From NCBI GenBank assembly GCA_017445245.1, contig JAFSUM010000024.1:2191-66190 (forward strand): 64,000 bases of DNA. Reading direction: 5' to 3'. Below, one piece after another: positions 43,679 to 52,520 of this stretch; the stretch's first letter is position 1; every line of letters begins with the position of its first letter. A model generated the notes under the pieces. That model was not told the origin of the DNA and searched no databases. It saw only the letters and a list, made by a program, of their open reading frames with translations. The stretch is from Bacilli bacterium (GTDB taxonomy: Bacteria; Bacillota_I; Bacilli_A; RFN20; CAG-826). Position numbers and translations under genes: made by a program.

Positions 43679-44750
43679 GAACGACAAGAAGTACGTTTCC
43701 AAACGTGGGCAGGTCGATCCCAAGTCGATTAAAGAATTCAAGGTATACGTCGAAACGACCCTCATGGATTTTTTGATGTACAAGATGCCGGATATGCCCC
43801 GCACGAAAATCAAATCCTTGCTCGTCCATCATCAAGTTGCGGTAGGGGGCGTGCCCGTTTCGCAGTTCAACTACCCCCTCGTTCCAGAGGATGTCGTCAC
43901 CATTTCCAAGAAGTCGATTACCCGTCACGAGAGGAAAGACCTTCCCATCATCTACGAAGACGAGGATATCATCGCGATTAATAAACCATCGGGCCTACTT
44001 TCGATCGCTTCGGACAAAGAAAAGGGGAGAACTGCCTATCGCCTGATTTCCGATTATGTGGCCCAGTTCGATAAGAAGAACCGCATCTATGTCGTCCACC
44101 GCCTTGACGAGGATACCTCGGGCGTTTTGATTTTCGCCAAAAGCAACGCCGTTAAAGAGGCCCTGCAGAACCATTGGCAGGAAATCGTGGAGACCCGTGC
44201 CTATTACGCCATCGTCGAAGGAAAAATGGAAAAGAGCGAGGACGTGCTCAAGGATTACCTTGCCGAGAACAACCTTCACCTCGTCTATGTGACCAAAGAC
44301 AAACTGAAAGGCAAGCTCTCCATCACGGCTTATAAGACGATTGCCTATAAGGAACCCTATTCCCTTTTGGACGTGCGCCTTTCTTCGGGCAGAAAGAACC
44401 AGATTCGCGTCCAGCTCGGGCACCGCGGTCATTATGTCGTCGGTGACGATAAATATGGTGAACCTTCCGACCCCATCAAGCGTTTAGGGCTACACGCTTA
44501 TCGCCTGGTATTAACCAACCCTCTTTCAGGCAAGCGTTACGAACTTGAAACACCGATGCCCGATGTCTTTAAGACACTTTTCTTCAAGACCCACGCCGCC
44601 GAACGCGCAGAAGCGGCGCAGGCGGAGGCACGCAAAAACGCAAAAGCGCGTTCGCGTGTTGACGATAACGGCTGGGAAGCTACCATTAAGAAACCTGTTA
44701 AGGGCAAGAAAGGCTTCCAAAACAAAGGTAGGAGAAAGGCACATCGATGA
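43671..44750 (+). CDS. RluA-family (RluD-like) pseudouridine synthase with S4 domain and a basic C-terminal tail
   Basis: 359 aa. Catalytic HRLDEDTSGVLIFAKS, and KNQIRVQL. Start set at ATG 43671, overlapping the patatin stop by 8 nt. Confidence 0.85.
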   Translation: MNKNDKKYVSKRGQVDPKSIKEFKVYVETTLMDFLMYKMPDMPRTKIKSLLVHHQVAVGGVPVSQFNYPLVPEDVVTISKKSITRHERKDLPIIYEDEDIIAINKPSGLLSIASDKEKGRTAYRLISDYVAQFDKKNRIYVVHRLDEDTSGVLIFAKSNAVKEALQNHWQEIVETRAYYAIVEGKMEKSEDVLKDYLAENNLHLVYVTKDKLKGKLSITAYKTIAYKEPYSLLDVRLSSGRKNQIRVQLGHRGHYVVGDDKYGEPSDPIKRLGLHAYRLVLTNPLSGKRYELETPMPDVFKTLFFKTHAAERAEAAQAEARKNAKARSRVDDNGWEATIKKPVKGKKGFQNKGRRKAHR

Positions 44751-46336
44751 TTCCCGAAGGAAGGACGTGGTTTACCAAATTCAGAGAATCGGTCATTTCC
44801 GCGTTACCGATCGCTTTGGTTATTCTCGTTTTCTTCCTCGTCACCCGTTATGCCGTTCCTGGCGATTACTTCTCCAAAGACGGAATCGCTTATTCCATCG
44901 GGGACATGCAGATGGTTTCCTTCGCGATTGCCGTCGTGATGATTGTCATCGGCATGGCGTTATTCAACGTGGGAACGGAGCAATCCATGACGGAAATCGG
45001 CCGTATCATCGGCGGCTCGCTCGTTCAGAAAAAGCGTTTGTTCTTCGTCGTGGCCATGACGTTCCTTATCGGCGTGTTGGTTACGATTGCCGAGCCTGAC
45101 TTAAGCGTCCTTTCCGGCCAAATTGGCATCAACGAGCAGATCATCGTTTGGGCCATCGGCGTGGGCGTCGGCATCTTCCTTGTCATCGGCGTCATTCGCG
45201 CTTCGCTCCATCAAAGCCTAAACATGCTCTTCTTAGCCTTCTATGGTCTTTGCTTCGCCCTCATCTACTTCATCGATCCGCGCTTCTTGCCGATTTGCTT
45301 TGATTCCGGCGGCGTTACGACGGGACCTGTTACGGTTCCCTTCCTCCTTGGCTTCGGCTTGGGTATTGCCGCTAGTCGCGGTGGCAAAAATTCGGAAGAC
45401 TCCTTCGGTTTGACCGCCCTATGTTCCATCGGCCCGATTATCGCGGTCGTCATCATTTCGCTCATTTTGAAGGGGACGGGTAAGGGTTTACCCACCGAAT
45501 ACCCCTTGAATGGGCCCGCCACAGATTCCATTTGGCAGCTCTTAGGCAATGATTCTTTATCCACGATGGGTTCAGTGGCCTTATCCGTTATTCCCATTCT
45601 GGTTTTCTTCATCGTTTACGAGTTGTTGTTTGTCCGAATCACCGCGAAAGAGCTCTTCCGCATCATCATTGGCCTGGTCATTACCTATGTTGGCTTAGTC
45701 GTCTTCCTAACGGCGGTGGAATGGGGTTTCCTGCCCATTGCCCAAACGGTGGGGCGGATGTTAGGCACTTCGACGGAAATGCATTACCTGGCCATTGGCA
45801 TTGGGGCTCTTTTCGGTATCTTCGGCGTCCTTGCGGAGCCCGCCGTGCACGTTTTGGTCAATCAGATGCAGGAAGTATCCGACGGCCACATTCGCAAAGG
45901 CACGGTCCTCACGATTTTGGCATTGGCCAACGGCGTCGCCGTCGCTTTGTCGATCTTGCGGTGCCATTTCAAGTTCGGTCTCGAGTATTACATTATCCCG
46001 GGTTATATCATCGCCTTCGCCCTTTCCTTCGCGGTCCCCAAAATCTATACGGCTATGGCCTTTGATTCGGGCGGTGTCGCCTCAGGCCCGATGACCTCGA
46101 CTTTCGTCTTGCCCTTCTGCATCGGTTTTGCCATATCCTGCGGCCACGATGTCTATTCTTATGGGTTTGGCTTGGTCGCCGTCGTCGCGATGATGCCGAT
46201 TATCGTCGTGCAGGCGTTAGGTTTGTCCTCGCGCATCAAAGCCGCGGCCGCGCTATCGAAAGCGCGCAAGCGCATCATTGAAGAAAACGATGACCAGATC
46301 ATTCATTTCGATTGGGAGAAAGGAGTGGCGCAATGA
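44747..46336 (+). CDS. DUF1538-family polytopic membrane protein, internally duplicated (putative transporter)
   Basis: 529 aa and highly hydrophobic. Two halves each carry the motif FDSGGV(T/A)(T/S)GP(V/M)T, at 45299-45334 and 46061-46096, 254 codons apart. ATGA overlap with the upstream gene. Confidence 0.7.
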   Translation: MIPEGRTWFTKFRESVISALPIALVILVFFLVTRYAVPGDYFSKDGIAYSIGDMQMVSFAIAVVMIVIGMALFNVGTEQSMTEIGRIIGGSLVQKKRLFFVVAMTFLIGVLVTIAEPDLSVLSGQIGINEQIIVWAIGVGVGIFLVIGVIRASLHQSLNMLFLAFYGLCFALIYFIDPRFLPICFDSGGVTTGPVTVPFLLGFGLGIAASRGGKNSEDSFGLTALCSIGPIIAVVIISLILKGTGKGLPTEYPLNGPATDSIWQLLGNDSLSTMGSVALSVIPILVFFIVYELLFVRITAKELFRIIIGLVITYVGLVVFLTAVEWGFLPIAQTVGRMLGTSTEMHYLAIGIGALFGIFGVLAEPAVHVLVNQMQEVSDGHIRKGTVLTILALANGVAVALSILRCHFKFGLEYYIIPGYIIAFALSFAVPKIYTAMAFDSGGVASGPMTSTFVLPFCIGFAISCGHDVYSYGFGLVAVVAMMPIIVVQALGLSSRIKAAAALSKARKRIIEENDDQIIHFDWEKGVAQ

Positions 46337-46767
46337 GCGAAAACGAAGTCAAAAAGCCCTTTGTCTCCTATGAATCGACGCATCGGCTACGGCACTTGCT
46401 GCTCGTGACGACCATCGTCCCAAGCGGACAGAGTCAGGCCATCATCGAACTCAATAACAAAAATGAGGCTGCCATGTGTGTCGTTTCGATGGGAAAAGGA
46501 ACCTTACCGCCTGAACTCCATACGGTTCTGATGCCGACGGAGAAACGCGAAGTCATCTTCTCAATCCTTCGAGAAGACTGTTGGCCGGCTTACAAAAAGC
46601 AGCTTGAAGAGCGGTTTGCCGTGTCGAAACTGTCCAAAGGAATCGCCTATACCATCCCCGTCGATTCGGTAGCGGGCGTTTCCATTTACAAAATGCTCTC
46701 GAATACAAGAATGTTCGAAAAACCGATAAACAGCGAAAAGAAGAAAGGGAGGAAGCAAGATGAATAA
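46333..46767 (+). CDS. PII-like (GlnB-fold) protein with C-terminal basic extension
   Basis: 144 aa. Beta-alpha-beta pattern LLLVTTIV / QSQAIIELNNK / AMCVVSMGKGT / loop / REVIFSIL. ATG 46333 follows GGAGAAAGGAG and overlaps the DUF1538 stop. Confidence 0.55.
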   Translation: MSENEVKKPFVSYESTHRLRHLLLVTTIVPSGQSQAIIELNNKNEAAMCVVSMGKGTLPPELHTVLMPTEKREVIFSILREDCWPAYKKQLEERFAVSKLSKGIAYTIPVDSVAGVSIYKMLSNTRMFEKPINSEKKKGRKQDE

Positions 46768-47098
46768 CCTCTACGAATGCGTCATCAGCATCGTGAACCA
46801 CGGTTTCACCGACCTCGTCATGGAAGCGTCTAGAGGCGCCGGGGCCAAAGGCGGCACGGTCATCAGCGGCCATGGTACGAGCAACAAAGATGTAACCGAC
46901 TTCTTCGGCGTGACCATCACCCCGGAAAAAGACATCGTCCTCATCCTTGTTCCGACCGCAATCCGCGATAAAGTACTTGCCGCGATTAATGCGGGCGCTG
47001 GCATGTCCACTCGCGGGATGGGCATTTCTTTCTCTCTCCCCGTCAACGATGTCGTCGGTCTTGTAAAGCCAGGCGAAGAACCGGCGCAAAATAAGTAA
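46760..47098 (+). CDS. PII-family (GlnB-like) signal-transduction protein
   Basis: 112 aa, canonical PII size. ECVISIVNHGFTDLVMEASRGAGAKGGTVISGHGT... with a T-loop-like insertion. 8-nt overlap with the preceding PII-like gene. Confidence 0.65.
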   Translation: MNNLYECVISIVNHGFTDLVMEASRGAGAKGGTVISGHGTSNKDVTDFFGVTITPEKDIVLILVPTAIRDKVLAAINAGAGMSTRGMGISFSLPVNDVVGLVKPGEEPAQNK

Positions 47099-47103
47099 CG
47101 ATT

Positions 47104-50100
47104 ATGGAAGAAAACGTAACGAAAACAGCGACTTTGCGGGAAATCCGTTCAAAAAAACCTGCAAAAGAGGAAAATTGGTTCCGTCGGCATTTTTCCTTCC
47201 TTTTCCATCCCGGAAGCGTCTTTTACTATGGCGTCATCCTCTTTTTGGTGGCCTTCCTTTGGGCGGCCTACCCTTTGTTTACCAACTCCTATACCCAGCT
47301 ACTGAACTGGGACTATACCTGGCAATACATTCCGTTCACCTATGTGTATTGGGATGCGTGGCACACCTTCTTTACGACGGGCCACTTGCCCCTATATGAC
47401 GCGGGTGTCTATTTAGGCACCGACATGATCGGATCGGGCTCTTACTATGGTCTATTCGACCCGTTCATGTTCATTTGCTACCTTTTCCCGCGTGCCTGGA
47501 TCCCCCAGATGTACGCCCAGATGACCTTCGTCAAAATCATGGTCGGCGGTCTTGGGATGCGTGCTTACCTCAAACAGATGGGCATCAAGGAATGGACGGC
47601 CCGTTTCGGTGGCGTCATCTATGCCCTCTCTGGTTACACGGTCTTCTTCATGGGCTCCCCGAACTTCATCACCACGATGGCGTTCTTCCCCTTCATCCTC
47701 CTCGGTATCGAGAAAGTCATTCAGGAACAGAAAGTTGTCACCCTTTCGTTATCGGTGTTCTTCCTCGCTATATCGTGCTTCTTCTATGTCCCTGTCATCT
47801 GCCTTTATGGCGTTATTTATGCTCTGTGGCGCTTCTTCTCGACCTTAAAGAAGCGAAATAAGACCCAACAGATTCAAACGATGGTGCTCGGCGTCGCCGG
47901 ATTTGCCATCGGCCTTTTGTTATCCTGTTTCAGCTTTATCCCCTCCATGCGCGAGACGTTATTGACCGGGCGTAGCACCTCGATCGGCTCCGCCTATATC
48001 AGCGCGGTCAAAACGGCGTTGAAGAGTTTTGATTTCCGCATGGTCTTCGCCCTTGTCTTCGAAGAAGTTGGCGATAACCCAGGCCGCGAACTCATGGGTG
48101 CGATATCGTTCTTCTTCCCCGCGGGCGGTTGGACGAACCTGCCCTTTGAACGCGGCGGTTACGATGCCTGGACTTCCTCTTTATTCTGCTACACCCCTGG
48201 CGTCATTTTGTTCTTCTGCGCCTTGATTCACTCGGTCCGCTTGAAGAAATGGAACCATCTCCTGGCCGTGGCTATTTGCTTCTTTGCAATCTTCACTAAC
48301 TTCTCCTATTTCTTCTTCTATGCTTTCTCTGGAAACGGATACGGCCGTTGGTACCTCGTATTGGTGCCCTTGATCGTCTATTACTGCTGCTGGGGCTTCG
48401 ATCAGCGTACCGAGGGGCCGAAGTTCGTCCCGTTCGTCGGTGCATTGCTAGGCTTGCTTGGGACCATTGTGACCTACTATCTCGTCATCAACCTCATCAG
48501 TGGTAAATCGTTCACCTACTCGGTCTATAACGTCCACCATACGACATATTGGCAAACGACCTACTATACCCCCGACATCGTCTATAACGGCATCACCTCG
48601 GCGTGGTATTTCTATTACCAGATCGCCTTGGTCGTGGTGGAAGGGGTTCTTTATTGCATCGGACAGCGAAAGAAGTGGATGCCCTATGTTTTCTTCGGCT
48701 TTGTCATCGTCGAAGCCATCGTCGCGGGCAATGCCTCCTATGCCTTTAACGGTACATGGTCCTATCAAAAATCGTTTACGGGCGGCGAAGCAAACCGCGA
48801 AACCTCGTTAGCAATCTCCCGTTCCATTAATGGGGCCGACGACTCGTTCTTCCGCACTTATAGCGATACTTGCCGCGGCAGCGAATATTTCCATAACGTA
48901 TTCGGATTTAACGTCCCCGCGACCTTCCATTCGCTCATGAACTTCGACGTGGAGCCCTTCGCTTTGACGAACCAGATGAAATTGCCCGGCTCCACGGGAA
49001 CAACTTATAACGACGTTTCTTTCTATAACCCCCGTTGGTCCGGTTATTACAGCAACAAACGTTATGCGATGGATTCCTTGCTGGGCTATCGGTATTACGT
49101 CATCGAAAATAATTACAGCGCCTGGAAAGACGTGGAAGGCAACCCCGTCTTCTTGCCCGCGAACGTCCCCTTTGACTGCGTGGAAATGACGTCTTATTCG
49201 CCTGACCGCAACAAATATCGCATCTACCAGCGTTCTGAAACGTCTTTGCCACAACTTGGCTATGCCGTCGATTCCGATTTGATCTATCGCCTTGGCCAAG
49301 TCGAAAACAACTATTACAAGAACGCCTTCTTTGGGTATTACAACGGCTCCTATTCCTTCAACGAACTCGAATGGGCCCAATACGTCGAAACCAACGGTGC
49401 GATCATCGACGATAACGTGACCTTGCCCGAATCCTTTGGCGAGCCGAAGACCTGTCCGGACATCCATGCCGATAGCGCTCTCCTCGCCAAGTCTGGCATC
49501 CGCCGCCTCTACCCCGGAAGCGGTTTGAAGGTCGACTATTATCAGACCAAAAGCGGCCAGGGAATGATGCCGCCTTCCGCTTATCGCGCCGAGGGCCTTG
49601 CCTATTTCTTCAACCACTATGAATCGGTCAAAAAAGACTGCAAACAAACTCTTTCCGTTGCAAAAGACCTCGGAAAAGTTGTTCTTTCGCCAGACGGAAA
49701 AACTTATTTCAACGAAGATCCGAACGGCTGCTATTTCGATTTGCATTACTACAACAGCAAGTCGGAAGGTGCCCCGCGTGTTTACGCGATCGGTGATACG
49801 TTTGATGAAAACGGCAACATGACTGGCGAGAACGTGACCTTGTCCTTCGACAACTACGTCATGCCTAACGCCGCCAACACCGATTACTATTGCCGCGAGG
49901 CTTGCACCTTCGGCGTGTACGCCAAGGGCCGCGTAAAGCACATCGTCCTTTGCTATGGTGGCTCTGGTTCGGTAAGCGTTCCCACCAACTCCATCTTCTT
50001 GTCCACTTTCGAAAGAGACCAAATCGAACTCGAAGAGGCCAACCGTCTTGCCGAGTCGCTTAAGAACGTCAAGAAGGGCGTGAACACCTTTACCTTCGAT

Positions 50101-50436
50101 ACGGCCTATGATACCGACCGCATCGTCGTTACCCAACTAGGCTATGACAAGGGCTGGGGCGTCAAAGCGACCATGCCAGATGGTTCCAAGAAGGATTGCC
50201 AAATGCTCCGCCTTAACGGTGGCCTTGTCGGCTTCGTCGCGCCTAGCGCTCTCGATGAGAATGGCAAAGCGAAGACCATCCACTGTGTCATGGAATACAA
50301 GACGCCTTATTCGAACCTCTCTGTCGCCGCGTTCGTCGGCGGTACCCTCTGCCTCGCTGGCATCGTTGGTACCCAGTTCTATTTCAGCTACAAGAAAAAG
50401 AAAGAGCAGGATCGCTTTGACCTGCTCCACGAATAG
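47104..50436 (+). CDS. YfhO-family large polytopic membrane protein (GT-C-type extracytoplasmic glycosyltransferase family)
   Basis: 1110 aa. About 13 N-terminal TM helices, a large soluble C-terminal region and a final TM anchor (VAAFVGGTLCLAGIVGTQFYF). Starts 5 nt after the PII gene stop. Family call is made by overall architecture and sequence resemblance only. Confidence 0.6.
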   Translation: MEENVTKTATLREIRSKKPAKEENWFRRHFSFLFHPGSVFYYGVILFLVAFLWAAYPLFTNSYTQLLNWDYTWQYIPFTYVYWDAWHTFFTTGHLPLYDAGVYLGTDMIGSGSYYGLFDPFMFICYLFPRAWIPQMYAQMTFVKIMVGGLGMRAYLKQMGIKEWTARFGGVIYALSGYTVFFMGSPNFITTMAFFPFILLGIEKVIQEQKVVTLSLSVFFLAISCFFYVPVICLYGVIYALWRFFSTLKKRNKTQQIQTMVLGVAGFAIGLLLSCFSFIPSMRETLLTGRSTSIGSAYISAVKTALKSFDFRMVFALVFEEVGDNPGRELMGAISFFFPAGGWTNLPFERGGYDAWTSSLFCYTPGVILFFCALIHSVRLKKWNHLLAVAICFFAIFTNFSYFFFYAFSGNGYGRWYLVLVPLIVYYCCWGFDQRTEGPKFVPFVGALLGLLGTIVTYYLVINLISGKSFTYSVYNVHHTTYWQTTYYTPDIVYNGITSAWYFYYQIALVVVEGVLYCIGQRKKWMPYVFFGFVIVEAIVAGNASYAFNGTWSYQKSFTGGEANRETSLAISRSINGADDSFFRTYSDTCRGSEYFHNVFGFNVPATFHSLMNFDVEPFALTNQMKLPGSTGTTYNDVSFYNPRWSGYYSNKRYAMDSLLGYRYYVIENNYSAWKDVEGNPVFLPANVPFDCVEMTSYSPDRNKYRIYQRSETSLPQLGYAVDSDLIYRLGQVENNYYKNAFFGYYNGSYSFNELEWAQYVETNGAIIDDNVTLPESFGEPKTCPDIHADSALLAKSGIRRLYPGSGLKVDYYQTKSGQGMMPPSAYRAEGLAYFFNHYESVKKDCKQTLSVAKDLGKVVLSPDGKTYFNEDPNGCYFDLHYYNSKSEGAPRVYAIGDTFDENGNMTGENVTLSFDNYVMPNAANTDYYCREACTFGVYAKGRVKHIVLCYGGSGSVSVPTNSIFLSTFERDQIELEEANRLAESLKNVKKGVNTFTFDTAYDTDRIVVTQLGYDKGWGVKATMPDGSKKDCQMLRLNGGLVGFVAPSALDENGKAKTIHCVMEYKTPYSNLSVAAFVGGTLCLAGIVGTQFYFSYKKKKEQDRFDLLHE

Positions 50437-50439
50437 ACT

Positions 50440-51306
50440 TTATTCGCCGTCTTTGAACGTCTTTAGATAAATATCGTAGACGCGGTTTTTGCCGATTCCC
50501 GTGCCCTCTGAGACCGCTTTGATGGCCTCCTTGGGTTTGCGTCCGTATTCGAGCTCATCGCGCAAGGCAAGGGCGATCTCGTTATCCGTGAGCTCACCAC
50601 CTCTTTTCGAGGCTCCTTCTACGATGATAACCATCTCGCCGCGCAGCGTGCCTTCATCTAGCAGACAAAGTTCGCTTAGGGTGCCACGAATGAATTCTTC
50701 GTGCGCCTTGGTAAGTTCCCTGGCAATGACGGCTTTGCGGTCTCCTAGGGTGCCTACAAGGGCAAATAAGGTCTTCAGGATGCGGTGGGGCGATTCATAG
50801 AAGATAAGCGTCTCTGGAAGCTGATTGATTTCGTTAAGGCGCGCGACCCGTTCGCTTTCTTTCGCGGGGAGGAATCCTTCGAAGTGGAAGTGGGTGGAAT
50901 CTAGTCCAGAGCATACCAATGCGTTGATGGCTGCCGAAGGGCCAGAGGTGACAGAAACTTTGATTCCGTTTTCTAAACACCGCGCGACTAAGCGGGATCC
51001 CGGATCGGATAGGCAGGGGTAGCCAGCATCCGAAACAAAGCACACATGCTTGCCTTCTTTTAGGAACGCGATGATTTTCGAGGCGGCCTCTTCCTCGTTA
51101 TGCTCGTGGCAGGCGATAAAAGGCTTATCGATGCCAAAGGAGGCCATCAATTGGCCAGAATTACGGGTGTCTTCCGCCGCGATGTAATCGCATGCTTTTA
51201 GGATATCGACGGCGCGAGGCGTCATTTCGCCGCGATTGCCGATCGGCGTAGCGACGAGGTAGAGAATGGGGGAAGGCCCCTCAAAGTTGAGCTCACGCGG
51301 AATCAC
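50440..51306 (-). CDS. rsmI: 16S rRNA (cytidine1402-2'-O)-methyltransferase RsmI
   Basis: 288 aa. LYLVATPIGN N-terminus and tetrapyrrole-methylase fold motifs. Confidence 0.9.
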   Translation of the reverse strand: MIPRELNFEGPSPILYLVATPIGNRGEMTPRAVDILKACDYIAAEDTRNSGQLMASFGIDKPFIACHEHNEEEAASKIIAFLKEGKHVCFVSDAGYPCLSDPGSRLVARCLENGIKVSVTSGPSAAINALVCSGLDSTHFHFEGFLPAKESERVARLNEINQLPETLIFYESPHRILKTLFALVGTLGDRKAVIARELTKAHEEFIRGTLSELCLLDEGTLRGEMVIIVEGASKRGGELTDNEIALALRDELEYGRKPKEAIKAVSEGTGIGKNRVYDIYLKTFKDGE

Positions 51307-52517
51307 GCGTTGCCTCCGTTGCCTTGGTTGCCGTTATTGGGGCGATGGCCATGGCGGTGATGGTGGTGCTTGCGGTTCTCGTTCCCTTCTTGCTGGGGGT
51401 TGTTTCCGTTAGGATTGCCGTGCTTCTGCCTTTGGTCCTTGCCGCGTTGCTGATTGTTGTTTTGCTGCGGGTTATTTTGCTGCTGGTTTCCGCCGCGATC
51501 GTCGCGATTGCGGTTATGGCCATGACGATGTTTCCGATGGCGATTTTCGCGATTATCGAAATTTTTCTGCTCGTTTTGCGGGTTTCGATTATCGTTTTGC
51601 TGGGTTTTTTGTTCTTCTCTTCTGGGAGCTTCGATACCGAAGGAAGGCAAATCGGCCGCATTATCTTTACGGACGATTTCGACGGGACGGACATAGGTTC
51701 CGTTCATCAAGGCTTCCGTGTCTTCTAAGGAAAAGGTCTTGTAATCGCTGTGGGTCGCGTTGACCAACTGAACGGTTTTGGAAAGGATGTTGTAACTATG
51801 GACGGTATAAGGGCCCTCATCGAGTTCGATGGCCGTTCCAATTTGGGGGAATTTTTTCTTCTCCTCGGTGTAGAGGTCATTTTCGTAAGCAAGGCAACAC
51901 ATCCAGTTGCCACAGGGGCCGCTTTGCTTCGTGTTGTTGATGGGGAGCATCTGGTTTTTGACGTGGCGGATGCCCACACTTTCGCTTTCGCTTAAGAAGG
52001 TGCTGCAGCAAAGAGGCAAGCCGCAGATACCTAGGCCGCCAATCTTGCGGGCCCTGTCGACGTTTGCAATCTGGCGAAGTTCCAATCTTGCGCCTAGCTG
52101 AGGAACCAACACGGGCAACAAACCGCGGAAATTGACACGTTTCTCGGAAGAGGTGAAGGTAATGGTAACCTTGCTGCCATCGTGGCTATAGAAGGCATTA
52201 ATGAGGTTCATGTCGAGGCCGAGTTTGGCGATTTCCCGTTCGGCGATGATGAGGGCACGCTTCGCATCTTCGAGGTTCTGCTCGTGTTCCGCCTTGTCCC
52301 TAGCGTCCGCTTTGCGGAGGATGGGTTTTAGTTCAAGGGGAGAATCATAGGTTTCGATCGATTTCGGAGCCACGGATACAGTGCCCGCTTCGATACCAAC
52401 AGATGTCGCGACGATAACCAAATCACCTAACGCAAAGTCTTCATTGGGACAAGAAAAGAAGTAGGTCTTGTCTGAACCGGTGATTTTGATGCCCAAATAG
52501 AACTGATGTGGATCCAT
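51303..52517 (-). CDS. ricT: PSP1-domain protein RicT/YaaT with a low-complexity C-terminal extension
   Basis: 404 aa. Cys clusters GICGLPLCC and GPCGNWMCC typical of PSP1/RicT. Position after holB as in Bacillus. The last roughly 110 aa are rich in N, Q, R, H and G. Confidence 0.85.
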   Translation of the reverse strand: MDPHQFYLGIKITGSDKTYFFSCPNEDFALGDLVIVATSVGIEAGTVSVAPKSIETYDSPLELKPILRKADARDKAEHEQNLEDAKRALIIAEREIAKLGLDMNLINAFYSHDGSKVTITFTSSEKRVNFRGLLPVLVPQLGARLELRQIANVDRARKIGGLGICGLPLCCSTFLSESESVGIRHVKNQMLPINNTKQSGPCGNWMCCLAYENDLYTEEKKKFPQIGTAIELDEGPYTVHSYNILSKTVQLVNATHSDYKTFSLEDTEALMNGTYVRPVEIVRKDNAADLPSFGIEAPRREEQKTQQNDNRNPQNEQKNFDNRENRHRKHRHGHNRNRDDRGGNQQQNNPQQNNNQQRGKDQRQKHGNPNGNNPQQEGNENRKHHHHRHGHRPNNGNQGNGGNA

Positions 52518-52520
52518 GCG

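Noticed and set aside
48808-50136. 442-aa minus-strand ORF inside the yfhO-like gene
   Set aside because: Same codon-aligned antisense-shadow effect as over ppdK. The G/V/D/A-rich translation carries no motifs, while the plus-strand product has a coherent membrane-protein architecture.
51324-51728. 134-aa plus-strand hydrophobic ORF opposite the ricT 3' end
   Set aside because: It arises from the low-complexity N/Q/H/R-coding tail of ricT read in reverse (V/L/A/I-rich). No start signals.
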